Positions 51,360 through 64,000 of a stretch of 64,000 bases of DNA are shown here, one piece after another. The notes beneath the pieces are model-generated. The model was not told the DNA's origin. It was given only the letters and a program-made list of their open reading frames with translations, and made no database searches. Location: positions 992,001 through 1,056,000 of the forward strand of contig JAPDFW010000063.1 of the NCBI GenBank assembly GCA_028826165.1, written 5' to 3'. The stretch is from Anaeramoeba ignava BMAN (lineage: Eukaryota > Protista > Anaeramoebae). Numbering within the stretch: position 1 is the stretch's first letter; each line of letters opens with the position of its first letter. The position numbers and the translations under genes were made by a program.

Positions 51360-53565
51360 GGATAAATTTTAATCAATTTTAATTTAAATTTATTTATTAT
51401 TTTAAATTAATTTATTAAATAACAAACAAATAAATTATTTTAAATTGAACAAGTGTATTAATTTAATTAGGAATTATTTATTAATTTTATTATTAAATTT
51501 AAAGAAAATTGAATAAAATATTTTGAATTAAATTTATTTATTATTTTAAATTAAATTATTAAATAACAAACAGATAAATTAATTTGAATTAAATAGATGT
51601 ATTAATTTTAATAGGAATTATTTATTAATTTAATTGTAAATTATTTTAATTTTATTAATAAATTGAAAATCGGATAAAATATTTTGATTTAAATTTATTT
51701 ATTATTTTAATAGGAATTATTAATTAATAAACAAATAAATTAATTTAAATTAAATAGATCTATTAATTTTAACAGGAATTATTTATTAATTTAATTATAA
51801 ATTATTTTAATTTTAATTAATAAATTGAAAATCGGATAAAATATTTTGATTTAAATTTATTTATTATTTTAAATTAAATTATTAATTAATAAACACATAA
51901 ATTAATTTAAATTAAATTTATCTATTAATTTTAATATAAATTATTTATTAATTTAATTAGGAATTATTTATTAATTTTATTATTAAATTTAAAGAAAATT
52001 GAATAAAATATTTTAAATTAAATTTATTTATTATTTTAAATTAATTTATTTATTAATAAACAAATAAATTAATTTAAATTAAATAGATCTATTAATTTTA
52101 ATAGGAATTATTTATTAATTTAATTATAAATTATTTATTAATTTTATTAATAAATTGAAAATTGGATAAAATATTTTGATTTAAATTTATTTATTATTTT
52201 AATAGGAATTATTAATTAATAAACAAATAAATTAATTTAAATTAAATAGATCTATTAATTTTAACAGGAATTATTTATTAATTTAATTATAAATTATTTT
52301 ATTAATTTTATTATTAAATTTAAAAGAAAATTGAATAAAATATTTTAAATTAAATTTATTTATTATTTTAAATTAAATTATTAATTAATAAACAGATAAA
52401 TTAATTTAAATTAAATAGATGTATTAATTTTAATAGGAATTATTTATTAATTTAATTATAAATTATTTTAATTTAATTAATAGATTGAAAATCGGATAAA
52501 ATATTTTTATTTAAATTTATTTATTATTTTAAATTAAATTATTAAATAATAAACAGATAAATTAATTTAAATTAAATAGATCTATTAATTTTATTTGAAT
52601 TGTTTATTAATTTAATTATAAATTATTTTAATTTTATTAATAGATTGAAAATCGGATAAAATATTTTGATTTAAATTTATTTATTATTTTAAATTAAATT
52701 TATTTAATTAATAAACAGATAAATTAATTTAAATTAAATAGATCTATTAATTTTAATAGGAATTATTTATTAATTTAATTATAAATTATTTTAATTTTAA
52801 TTAATAAATTGAAAATCGGATAAAATATTTTAATTTAAATTTATTTATTATTTTAGAATTATTAATTAATAAATATATAAATTAATTTAAATTAAATATA
52901 TCTATTAATTTTAATAGGAATTGTTTATTAATTTAAATTATAAATTTCAATTTTATTAATAAATTGAAAATTGAATAAAATATTTCAAATTAAATTTATT
53001 TATTATTTTAAATTAATTTATTAAATAACAAACAAATAAATTATTTTAAATTAAATATATCTATTAATTTTAATATAAATTATTTATTAATTTAAATATA
53101 AATTATTTTAATTTTATTAATAAATTGAAAATTGGATAAAATATTTTGATTTAAATTTATTTATTATTTTAAATTAAATTATTAAATAATAAACAAATAA
53201 ATTAATTTAAATTAAATAGATCTATTAATTTTAATAGGAATTGTTTATTAATTTAATTACAAATTATTTTAATTTAATTAATAAATTGAAAATTGAATAA
53301 AATATTTTGATTTAAATTTATTTATTATTTTAAATTAAATTTATTTATTAATAAACAAATAAATTAATTTAAATTAAATAGATCTATTAATTTTAATAGG
53401 AATTATTTATTAATTTAATTATAAATTATTTTAATTTTATTATTAAATTTAAAGAAAATTGAATAAAATATTTCAAATTAAATTTATTTATTATTTTAAA
53501 TTAATTTATTTATTAATAAACAAATAAATTATTTTAAATTAAATATATCTATTAATTTATTTATT
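51360..53565. repeat. Satellite C array (second)
   Basis: Same monomer as 44440-46845, with variant units. Confidence 0.9.
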
Positions 53566-55274
53566 AATATTTTTGGATAAGTGTTCTTATTCTAAAAAAT
53601 ATTTACTAAAAAAAAAATAAAAAAAGAAATTTTTGTTTAAATTGGATTTGTTTTGTTAATTTATTCTTTAATCATAATTTGATAAGATTTGATTTTTTCT
53701 TTCTTCTTTTATTCAAATATTTTATATAATTTTAAACTAATTTTCTTATATTATCTTGTATTATCTTATTTTTTTTTTGAACAAATTTTTGGAATCATAA
53801 AAAAATAAAATATTATTTTTCTTTTTAATAAATGAAAAATTTCGAAAACACTAAATTAATAAAGCAAAAGAATTTTTCAAAATTATTTACTGAACAAATT
53901 ATGAAAAGAGGTTTTCTTGAACTTTTCAAATAAGAATGCTTCAAATAAATAATCAAAATCAAAATCAATTTCAAAATCAATTTCAAATTCAAATTCAAAA
54001 TCAAAATCAAAATCAAAATCAAAATCAAATTAAAAATCAAAATCAAAATCAAAATCAAAATCAAAATCAAAATCAAAATCAAATTCAAAATCAAATTCAA
54101 AATTAAAATCAAATTCAAAATCAAATTCAAAATCAAAATCAAATTCAAAATCAAAATCAAAATCAAATTCAAAACCAAAATTAAATTCAAAATTCAAAAT
54201 CAAATTCAAAATCAAAATCAAAATCAAAATCAAAATCAAAATCAAAATCAAATTCAAAATCAAAATCAAAATCAAAATCAAAATCAAAATCAAAATCAAA
54301 ATCAAAATCAAAATCAAAATCAAAATCAAAATCAAAATCAAATTCAAAATCAAAATCAAAATCAAAATCAAAATCAAATTCAAAATCAAAATCAAAATCA
54401 AAATCAAAATCAAAATCAAAATCAAAATCAAATTCAAAATCAAAATCAAATTCAAAATCAAATTCAAGAAATGAATATTTTCACACTCAAGAAAAAAGAA
54501 CATTACATTATATTTTCTATTAGAAAGAAATTAGATGAAAAAATATAAAGAAATGAATACTAGAAGGAATATTTGATAGATTCAAATCTAAAATTGATTC
54601 AAGAAAAAGAAGAGAATTACAAAAGGAATTTCTCTCAAAGAAATCTAAATTTGAAAATTTTAGATCATCATCTTAATTTTGAATTGCAGAATATTAATAT
54701 TATTATTATTTTATTATTATTTCTTCTTGATAATTTTCCTTTTTTATTAATGAAAGGAATAATTTATGAATTTTAATTTTAGTTTTTTTTAAAATTTGTC
54801 AAAAATTAATTCAACAAAGATTTAGAATTTTTATGATCCTTTCTTGAAGATAAATTAATATAATGTAATTTTAGTTTGTATATTATTTTTTTTGATTATT
54901 AATTTGTTCAGATTTTCTTTGCATTTTAAAAAAATGAAAAAGGAAAAAAAATGAAAAATGAAAAAGGAAAAAAAATGAAAAATGTTTTTTTTTGGATTTG
55001 AATTGCTTTTTATTTTTGATTTCATTGAAATTAAAAATAAAAAGAATGAAATTTTTTTATTCACTTATCATCAACTATTTTCCAAAAAAAGTCAAAAATT
55101 GAGGAAAGTGAATAAAAGAAGAATTGAGTTTCATCATTATGAATTCAATTCAAATTTGTAAAAAGAAAAAGAAAAAGAAAAAGAAAAAGAAAAAGAAAAA
55201 GAAAAAGAAAAAAGAAAAAATCAAGTATTTGAGTTTTGTTTTGAAAATTTTTGGATTTTCAAATGTTTTTGGAT

Positions 55275-56225
55275 TTAGAGATTGTGACAACCACTTCCAT
55301 ACCAAGCTTGAGTAGCAAGACCACAAGTGTTTTGTCCATATTCCATCCAAATATAACCACTAAGTCCCCATGAAGTTCCCCATGAATTTTTGACAATCCA
55401 ATATGGTGGGTTAGCATCAGTGTTATATCCAACAATAAGAATAGCATGATCTAATTGTGTTTGTGAGCAATCATCTCCACTATAAACACCACCATTGTAG
55501 TTCATAAAACCATCACCAGAAGCATCAACAGCAATTGAAATTGGTCCTTTAGATTGGATTTCATTCATCATTTGAGTTTCACTTGAATATTGAGCATGTG
55601 AATTCAAAGTTGTAACTGAATTGCAAGATGATGATTGGCAAGATTGATCATAAGCAACATAAGGATAATCTTGTTCTGAACAAAGTCCACCATTTTGAGT
55701 AACCCATGCCATAGCTTGATATGGCCAACCTCCACTACATCCATAACCACCATTATCACAATCAACAATTTCTTGTTCAGAAAGTGAGATTAATGAACCT
55801 CCATCAGCAACTGTACATCCTTCAATCATTCCTGTTGTTGAAAATGTCCAACATGATCCACATTGTCCTTGATCTTTAATTGGTGTAACTGCTCCATGAT
55901 CAACCCAATTAAATTGTCCTCCAACAATTTGAACTTTTTCTTGTGCTCTTGGTGCAACTAGCATTTTGATTGGAGATAAGTACTTTTGTTGATATTCTTT
56001 ATTGGTTAAATCAGTAAATTGATTGACTCCCATTGTGTAACTGTGATCACCTGCATTATGTTCTCGAATTCTCTTTAAGTTTCCTTGGAAAATTTTAAAT
56101 CTCATTGCTTCTTCATTTGCAGTGTATCTCTTGTTGAATTTGTTTTTGAAATGATTGAAAAGCATTCTGTCATTGGTGCAAGATGCAACCAAAACTAAAA
56201 TTGCAAAAATAACAATGAATTTCAT
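55275..56225 (-). CDS. Cathepsin L-like C1A cysteine protease (copy 8; near-identical to copy 6)
   Basis: Differs from copy 6 at KML/QYE and AW/EW. Confidence 0.95.
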   Translation of the reverse strand: MKFIVIFAILVLVASCTNDRMLFNHFKNKFNKRYTANEEAMRFKIFQGNLKRIREHNAGDHSYTMGVNQFTDLTNKEYQQKYLSPIKMLVAPRAQEKVQIVGGQFNWVDHGAVTPIKDQGQCGSCWTFSTTGMIEGCTVADGGSLISLSEQEIVDCDNGGYGCSGGWPYQAMAWVTQNGGLCSEQDYPYVAYDQSCQSSSCNSVTTLNSHAQYSSETQMMNEIQSKGPISIAVDASGDGFMNYNGGVYSGDDCSQTQLDHAILIVGYNTDANPPYWIVKNSWGTSWGLSGYIWMEYGQNTCGLATQAWYGSGCHNL

Positions 56226-56774
56226 TGAATTTTTTTTAAAAAAGAATTGAAAAAAAAAAAGATTGAAAAAAAAAGAATGAATTTTTTATTTTTATTTTTG
56301 GATTTCATTTAAATTATTTTTTTGCCTGCGTTTTAGATTTAATTGATCAATTATTTTTCTATTTATTTTTATTCTTTTTATTTAAAAAATTATTTTGAAA
56401 GTTTAATTCTATCAAATTTATTAATTAATTTCAAAATTGGATAGTTCAGTTTAAATTTAGATCATAAAATTAAGTCATTTTATTTTTTCAATTTAGATAA
56501 TTAATAAAATTGAAATAAATGTTTTAATAATATATTATTTATTATTTAAAATTTTATTTTCCTTATTAATTATTATTGAAGATTTAGTTAATTTTTAATT
56601 TTCTTGAAACGTATCAAAAAAAATTTTTTTATTTTTTCTTTTTTGATCAACAAAAAAATCAAAAAAAAAAAGGAATTTAAATAAAAAATTGATATCTCCA
56701 AATTTAAAACCTTTTTATTTTATAACTTTTATTAAATTTAACTTACTTATTTTTGTTAAAATAAATTAAAAGAA

Positions 56775-57860
56775 ATTGGATAAATTAAATCCAATTCTAA
56801 TTTAAATTTATTTATTATTTTAAATTAAATTATTAAATAATAAACAAATAAATCAATTTAAATTAAATAGATATATTAATTTTAATAGGAATTACTTATT
56901 AATTTAATTATAAATTATTTTAATTTTATTAATAAATTGAAAATCGGATAAAATATTTTAATTTAAATTTATTTATTATTTTAAATTAAATTATTAATTA
57001 ATAAACAAATAAATTAATTTAAATTAAATAGATCTATTAATTTTAATAGGAATTATTTATTAATTTAATTATAAATTATTTTAATTTTATTAATAAATTG
57101 AAAATCGGATAAAATATTTTAATTTAAATTTATTTATTATTTTAATAGGAATTATTTATTAATAAACAAATAAATTAATTTAAATTAAATTTATCTATTA
57201 ATTTTAACAGGAATTATTTATTAATTTAATTATAAATTATTTTAATTTAATTAATAAATTGAAAATTGAATAAAATATTTTGATTTAAATTTATTTATTA
57301 TTTTAAATTAAATTATTAAATAATAAACAAATAAATTAATTTAAATTAAATAGATCTATTAATTTTAACAGGAATTGTTTATTAATTTAATTATAAATTA
57401 TTTTAATTTTATTAATAAATTGAAAATTGAATAAAATATTTTAATTTAAATTTATTTATTATTTTGAATTAAATTATTAATTAATAAACAGATAAATTAA
57501 TTTAAATTAAATAGATCTATTAATTTTAATAGGAATTATTTATTAATTTAATTATAAATTATTTTAATTTGATTATTAAATTTAAAATTGAATAAAATAT
57601 TTTAATTTAAATTTATTTATTATTTTAAATTAAATTATTAAATAATAAACAAATAAATCAATTTTTAAATTAAATATATCTATTAATTTTAATAGGAATT
57701 ATTTATTAATTTAATTATAAATTATTTTAATTTTATTAATAAATTGAAAATCGGATAAAATATTTTGATTTAAATTTATTTATTATTTTAAATTAATTTA
57801 TTAAATGATAAACAGATAAATTAATTTAAATTAAATAGATCTATTAATTTATTAATTAAT
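56775..57860. repeat. Satellite C array (third, about 6-7 copies)
   Basis: Same monomer. Confidence 0.9.
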
Positions 57861-59099
57861 ATTTTTGGATAAGTGTTCTTATTCTAAAAAATATTTACTA
57901 AAAAAAAAATAAAAAAAGAAATTTTTGTTTAAATTGGATTTGTTTTGTTAATTTATTCTTTAATCATAATTTGATAAGATTTGATTTTTTCTTTCTTCTT
58001 TTATTCAAATATTTTATATAATTTTAAACTAATTTTCTTATATTATCTTGTATTATCTTATTTTTTTTTTGAACAAATTTTTGGAATCATAAAAAAATAA
58101 AATATTATTTTTCTTTTTAATAAATGAAAAATTTCGAAAACATTAAATTAATAAAGCAAAAGAATCTATTCAAAATTATTTACTGAACAAATTATGAAAA
58201 GAGATTTTCTTGAACTTTTCAAATAAGAATGCTTCAAATAAATAATCAAATTCAAAATCAAAATCAAAATCAAAATCAAAATCAAATTTAAATTCAAAAT
58301 CAAAATCAAAATCAAAATCAAAAATTCAAATTCAAATTCAAAATCAAAATCAAATTCAAAATTAAAAAAATCAAAATCAAAATCAAATCCAAAATTAAAA
58401 TCAAAATCAATTTAAATTCAAATTCAAAATCAAAATGAAGAAATGAATATTTTCACACTCAAGAAAAAAGAACATTACATTATATTTTCTATTAGAAAGA
58501 AATTAGATGAAAAAATAGAAAGAAATGAATACTAGAAGGAATATTTGATAGATTCAAATCTAAAATTGATTCAAGAAAAAGAAGAGAATTACAAAAGGAA
58601 TTTCTCTTAAAGAAATCTAAATTTGAAAATTTTAGATCATCATCTTAATTTTGAATTGCAGAATAATAATAATATTATTTTATTATTTCTTCTTGATAAT
58701 TTCCCTTTTTTATTAATGAAAGGAATAATTTATGAATTTTAATTTTAGTTTTTTAAAATTTGTCAAAAATTAATTCAACAAAAATGTAGAATTTTTATGA
58801 TCCTTTCTTGAAGATAAATTAATATAATGGAATTTTAGTTTGTATATTATTTTTTTTTGATTATTAATTTGTTCAGATTTTCTTTGTATGAAATTAAAAA
58901 TAAAAAGAATGAAATTGTTTTATTCACTTATCATCAACTATTTTCCAAAAAAAGTCAAAAATTGAGGAAAGTGAATAAAAAAGGAATTAAGTTTGCTATC
59001 ATTATGAATTCAATTCAAATTTGTAAAAAGAAAAAGAGAAAATATCAAGTATTTGAGTTTTGTTTTGAAAAATTTTTGGATTTTCAAATGTTTTTGGAT

Positions 59100-60055
59100 T
59101 TAGAGATTGTGACAACCACTTCCATACCAAGCTTGAGTAGCAAGACCACAAATATTTTTTCCATATTCCATCCAAATATAACCTTGTTGTCCCCACCAAG
59201 TTCCGAATGAATTTTTGACAATCCAGTATGGTGGTTTGTTATCAGTGTTATATCCAACAATAAGAATAGCATGATTTAATAGTGTTTGTGAGCATCCATC
59301 ATCTCCAGTATAGACACCACTAGTATAGTATTCGAAACCATTCCCAGCAGCATCAATAGCAATTGAGATTGGTCCAACAGTTTCTAATTTGTTCAACATA
59401 TCAGTTTCAGATGTGAATTGAGTATGTGAGTCCAAAGTTGAAACTGGCTGGCAAGAAGAGTTTTGACATTTTTGATTAACACCAACATAAGGATAATCTT
59501 GTTCTGAACAAAGTCCACCAACTTCAGTAACCCATTGCATAGCTTGATATGGCCAACCTCCACCACATCCATACTTTTCACCATCATCACAATCAACAAT
59601 TTCTTGTTCGGAAAGTGAGATTAATGAACCTCCATAAGCAACTGTGCATCCTTCAATCATTCCTGTTGTTGAGAAGCACCAACATGACCCACAATCTCCT
59701 TGATCTTTAATTGGTGTAACTGCTCCTTTATCAACCCAATTAAATTGTCCTCCAAAAATTTGAATGTTTTCTTGTGGCATTGGTTCAACTAGCATTTTGA
59801 TTGGAGATAAGTACTTTTGTTGATATTCTTTATTGGTTAAATCAGTAAATTGATTGATTCCCATTTGATAACTGTGATCACCTGCATTGTGTTCTTGGAT
59901 TTTCTTTAAATTACTTTGGAAAATTTTAAATCTCATTGCTTCTTCTTCAACATTGTATTTCTTGTTGAATTTATTTTTGAAATGACTGAAAAGCATTCTG
60001 TCATTTGCACATGAAGCAAAGAATAATAAAATTGCAAAAGTAGAATAAATTTCAT
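59100..60055 (-). pseudogene. Cathepsin L-like protease (copy 9) with a 1-nt deletion in the signal-peptide region (pseudogene or assembly error)
   Basis: ATG at 60055 reads ATGAAATTTATTCTACTTTTGCA versus ...CTACTTTTTGCA in copy 10 (T4 versus T5). The rest is intact, with NSF in place of NSW. Confidence 0.75.
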
Positions 60056-60156
60056 TTAATTTTTTTTTTAAAAAAGAAAAAATGAAAAAAATGAATTTTT
60101 TTTATTTATTTATTTATTTATTGAAAATCGGATAAATGATTTTTTTGAATTTGAAT

Positions 60157-61107
60157 TCAAAGATTATGACAACCAATTCCCCACCAAGCTTCAATAAGAA
60201 TACCACAAGTGTTTTTTCCATATTCCATCCAAATGTAACCGTTCAATCCCCATGAAGTTCCCCAAGAATTTTTGACAATCCAATACGAAGGATGTGTATC
60301 AACGTTATATCCAACAACAAGAACAGCATGATCCAATTTAGTTTTAGTACAATCATCTCCAGTATAAACACCACTACTGTATTGCTTAAAACCATCACCA
60401 GAAGCATCAATAGAAACTGAAATTGGACCATTTGTTTGTAATTGATATTCCATTTGACCTTCAGATGAGAATTGGCGGTGGTCTGTTAAAGTTGAAACTG
60501 GTTGGCAAGAAGAGTTTTGACAAGATTGATCCACTCCAACATAAGGATAATCTTGTTCTGAACAAAGTCCACCAACTTCAGTAACCCATTGCATAGCTTG
60601 ATATGGCCAACCTCCATTACATCCATAACTTCCACTATCGCAATCAACAATTTCTTGTTCGGAAAGTGAGATTAATGAACCTCCATAAGCAACTGTGCAT
60701 CCTTCAATCATTCCTGTTGTTGAAAATGCCCAACATGATCCACATTTTCCTTGATCTTTAACTGGTGTAACTGCTCCGTGATCAACCCAATTAAAACCTC
60801 CTCCAATATTTTTTATATTTTCTTCTGGCATTGGTTCAACTTCATATTGAATTGGAGATAAGTATTTTTGTTGATATTCTTTATTGGTTAAATCGGTAAA
60901 TTGATTGATTCCCATTTTGTAGCTGTAATCACCTGCATTATGTTCTTGGATTGTCTTTAAATTTGTTTGGAAAATTTTAAATCTCATTGCTTCTTCTTCA
61001 ACACTGTATTTCTTGTTGAATTTAGTTTTGAAATTATTGAAAAGCATTCTGTCATTTGCACATGAAGCAAAGAAGAATAAAATTGCAAAAAGTAGAATAA
61101 ATTTCAT
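60157..61107 (-). CDS. Cathepsin L-like C1A cysteine protease (copy 10)
   Basis: QGKCGSCWAF, LDHAV, KNSWG. Confidence 0.95.
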   Translation of the reverse strand: MKFILLFAILFFFASCANDRMLFNNFKTKFNKKYSVEEEAMRFKIFQTNLKTIQEHNAGDYSYKMGINQFTDLTNKEYQQKYLSPIQYEVEPMPEENIKNIGGGFNWVDHGAVTPVKDQGKCGSCWAFSTTGMIEGCTVAYGGSLISLSEQEIVDCDSGSYGCNGGWPYQAMQWVTEVGGLCSEQDYPYVGVDQSCQNSSCQPVSTLTDHRQFSSEGQMEYQLQTNGPISVSIDASGDGFKQYSSGVYTGDDCTKTKLDHAVLVVGYNVDTHPSYWIVKNSWGTSWGLNGYIWMEYGKNTCGILIEAWWGIGCHNL

Positions 61108-61247
61108 TTAATTTTTTTTTTAAAATGAAAAAATGAAAATTTGATTTTAATTTTGATTATTTTTTTTTGAACCATTTCTGATGAAAAAAAAAATTAAAAG
61201 AAAGAAAGAAAGAAAGGAAATTGGAAAAGGAAATTGGAAAAAGAAAT

Positions 61248-62204
61248 TTAAACGTTATGGCAACCAGTTCCATAGAAAGCATAGTCGGAAATACCGCAAA
61301 TATTAATTCCCTCTTTCATCCAAATATAACCATTCATACCCCAAGAAGTTCCCCAAGAATTCTTAACAATCCAATAAGGAGTTTCACCATCAAAATTCCA
61401 ACCAACAAGCAAAACTGCATGATTTAACTGTGTACCACAACCAGCTCCATCATAAATACCACCTGAATAGAACTCAAAACCAGAAGCATCAACACCGACA
61501 GCAAAAGGACCGTATTCATAGCAAGTATCAGCAAATTTCTTTTCATCAGAAATCTGTTGATCACCAGTTAAAGTTGAAACCGAATTGCATTTATCTTTAT
61601 GACAAGTCCCATCAACACCAGTATAGGCATAATCCTGTTCGGAACAAAGTCCTCCGTTTTTGATCACCCATTCCATAGCTTGGGATTGTGAACCGCCATT
61701 GCAACCTCCACTTCCATCATCGCAATCAACAATTTCTTGTTCGGATAAAGAAATTAATTCACCTCCTTTCTCTTGAGCAACTACGCATCCTTCAATTGTT
61801 CCTGTAACTGAAAACGCCCAACATGACCCACATTGTCCTTGATCCTTAACCGCTGTAACTGCTCCGTGGTCAACCCAATTCCAGGAAGTTGGGGTATCTT
61901 TTGGTAATTTTGAATTTTGTAATTTTTCCCCTTTTTCCATATTTTGGATCGGTTTCAAATAAATTTTTCTCCATTCCGTTTCTGTCAAATCTGCAAATTG
62001 ATTGATTCCCATCTTGTAAGTATGATCTCCTGCATTGTGTTCTTGGATTTTCTTTAAATTGGTTTGGAAATTTTTAAACCTTTTTGCTTCTTCTTCTACA
62101 CTGTATTGCTTATTGAATTTGGTTTTGAAATGTTGGAAAAGTATTCTTTCGTTTGCGCAACTTGCCACTAAAATGAGAATAGCGAAAAAAACAATTGTTT
62201 TCAT
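61248..62204 (-). CDS. Cathepsin L-like C1A cysteine protease (copy 11, divergent)
   Basis: QGQCGSCWAF, LNHAV, KNSWG. Confidence 0.95.
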   Translation of the reverse strand: MKTIVFFAILILVASCANERILFQHFKTKFNKQYSVEEEAKRFKNFQTNLKKIQEHNAGDHTYKMGINQFADLTETEWRKIYLKPIQNMEKGEKLQNSKLPKDTPTSWNWVDHGAVTAVKDQGQCGSCWAFSVTGTIEGCVVAQEKGGELISLSEQEIVDCDDGSGGCNGGSQSQAMEWVIKNGGLCSEQDYAYTGVDGTCHKDKCNSVSTLTGDQQISDEKKFADTCYEYGPFAVGVDASGFEFYSGGIYDGAGCGTQLNHAVLLVGWNFDGETPYWIVKNSWGTSWGMNGYIWMKEGINICGISDYAFYGTGCHNV

Positions 62205-62391
62205 TCTTTATTTTTATTTTCCAAATTGAAAAAAAAAAATGAAAATGAAAAAGAAAAAAAAAATAAAAAACTTGCTTATTCAAAAAATAATTTATTTTTA
62301 TTTATCAAAGTCAAATTTGTTTTTTTTTAAAAATCCAAAAAAAATCCAAAAAAAAAAAAAGTGGAAAAAATAAATTCTATTTTTTTTTACA

Positions 62392-63790
62392 ATGATTTCA
62401 ACAAGAAAAAAAAGAAAAACAATTCAAACATTATCAATTCATAAAAAGAAATCGAATAAATTAAATAATTTAAATAATCTAAATAATCCAAATAATCCAA
62501 ATAATTCAAATAATCTAAATAATCTAAATAATCTAAATAATCTAAATAATCTAAATAATCTAAATAATTCAAATAATCCAAATAATCTAAATAATTTAAA
62601 TAATCCAAATAATCCAAATAATTTAAATAATCTAAATAATCTAAATAATCCAAATAATCTAAATAATTTAAATAATCTAAATAATTCAAATAATCTAAAT
62701 AATTCAAATAAATCAAATAAATCAAATAATTCAAATTATTCAAATAAATCAAATAATCCAAATAATTCAAATAATTTAAATAATCTAAATAATTCAAATA
62801 ATTCAAATAATTCAAATAATCCAAATAATCCAAATAATTCAAATAATTAAAATAAATTAAATAATCCAAATAATTCAAATAATCTAAATAATCCAAATAA
62901 TTTTAAATAATCAAATAATCCAAATAATCTAAATAATTTAAATAATTCCAAATAATCAAATAATTTAAATAATCTAAATAATTCCAAATAATCCAAATAA
63001 TTCCAAATAATCCAAATCCAAATAATTCCAAATAATCCAAATAATTCCAAATAATCTAAATAATTCAAATAAATCAAATAATTCAAATAATCTAAATAAT
63101 TCAAATAAATCAAATAATTCAAATAATCTAAATAATTCAAATAATTCAAATAATTCAAATAATCCAAATAATCTAAATAATCCAAATAATTTAAATAATT
63201 TAAATAATTTAAATAATTCAAATAATTTAAATAATTTAAATAATCTAAATAATTTAAATAATTTAAATAATCTAAATAATTCAAATAATCTAAATAATTT
63301 AAATAATCTAAATAATCTAAATAATTTAAATAATCCAAATAATTCAAATAATTTAAATAATTTAAATAATCTAAATAATCTAAATAATCCAAATAATCCA
63401 AATAATTTAAATAATTTAAATAATCTAAATAATCCAAATAATCCAAATAATTTAAATAATTTAAATAATCTAAATAATTCAAATAATCCAAATAATTCAA
63501 ATAATCTTCTAAAAATTGAAAATGAAGAATTAAAAAATATTCTTAAACAAAAAGATTTCCAAATTCAAAAATTTCATCAAGAAACAAAATTACAATTTCC
63601 AACAATAATTCAAGAAAATAGAAAATTAAAACAATTTAATCAAAATCTTAAAGATCAAATTAGTGAAGCAATAATTTTTTATCAAAATAAAATTGTTCAA
63701 ATTTTGAAAAATGAGGAAAAAGTTTTATTAAAACTTCAGGAAGAATTTGAAAGAATGTTATATTTGAAAACCTCTCATTTTTCAAAATGA
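62392..63790 (+). CDS. Putative Asn-rich (NNL/NNP/NNS)n and coiled-coil protein, frame disrupted within the repeat
   Basis: Basic start MISTRKKRK, ~1 kb of 9-bp repeat with indels near 62850-63060, then an open coiled-coil-like frame LKIENEELKNILKQK...LQEEFERMLYLKTSHFSK* ending at 63790. Confidence 0.45.
62455..63505. repeat. 9-bp minisatellite (AAATAATYY-type)
   Basis: Direct inspection. Confidence 0.95.
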
Positions 63791-63832
63791 TCAAAAAAAA
63801 TGAAAAATTTAAATGAAAATTTAAGTCTTCCT

Positions 63833-64000
63833 TCAATTTTGTTTTTCAAATTTACGTTTAGAAATTTGATAATTGTTTCTTGAAGTAAGTAAATTGAAAT
63901 CAAATGAAGTCAAATTAAAAATTTCATTCAAATCACAATTTAAGCGCCTATTGTAAATGGGGAAGGACATAAGATTTAAATGCGTGTTCTCCACAAGTTC
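63833..64000 (-). CDS. 3' end of an unidentified gene entering from the right edge
   Basis: Open frame ELVENTHLNLMSFPIYNRRLNCDLNEIF...KRKFEKQN* with coding-like composition; no family recognised. Confidence 0.35.
   Translation of the reverse strand, partial: ELVENTHLNLMSFPIYNRRLNCDLNEIFNLTSFDFNLLTSRNNYQISKRKFEKQN

Overview
Very AT-rich eukaryotic (protist) nuclear DNA with spliceosomal GT-AG introns, many inflated by microsatellites. The expanded intronless RCC1-BTB genes and low-complexity tracts resemble the metamonad Anaeramoeba; this is an inference, not something the sequence shows. Housekeeping genes: DDX42 (5' part), membralin (frame-broken), a membrane-anchored ML-domain protein, SmD3, a PPIE-type RRM protein, EMC3, selenophosphate synthetase and an NDR kinase. 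They are interleaved with 11 intronless cathepsin L-like (papain C1A) genes, three RCC1-BTB genes and three satellite families (about 145, 143 and 162 bp). Highlights: (1) a selenocysteine locus missed by the ORF track, with an in-frame TGA in SPS2, a canonical form-2 SECIS and a probable intronic C/D snoRNA; (2) a 1,455-bp Kolobok-type non-autonomous DNA transposon with a TTAA TSD and two empty paralogous sites in the window; (3) an intronless Ubl-Zn-C4HC3-BTB-BTB gene lying almost in register inside a satellite monomer; (4) mosaic shuffling between protease paralogues; (5) arrays of a ~45-bp RCC1-BTB 3' fragment downstream of those genes.
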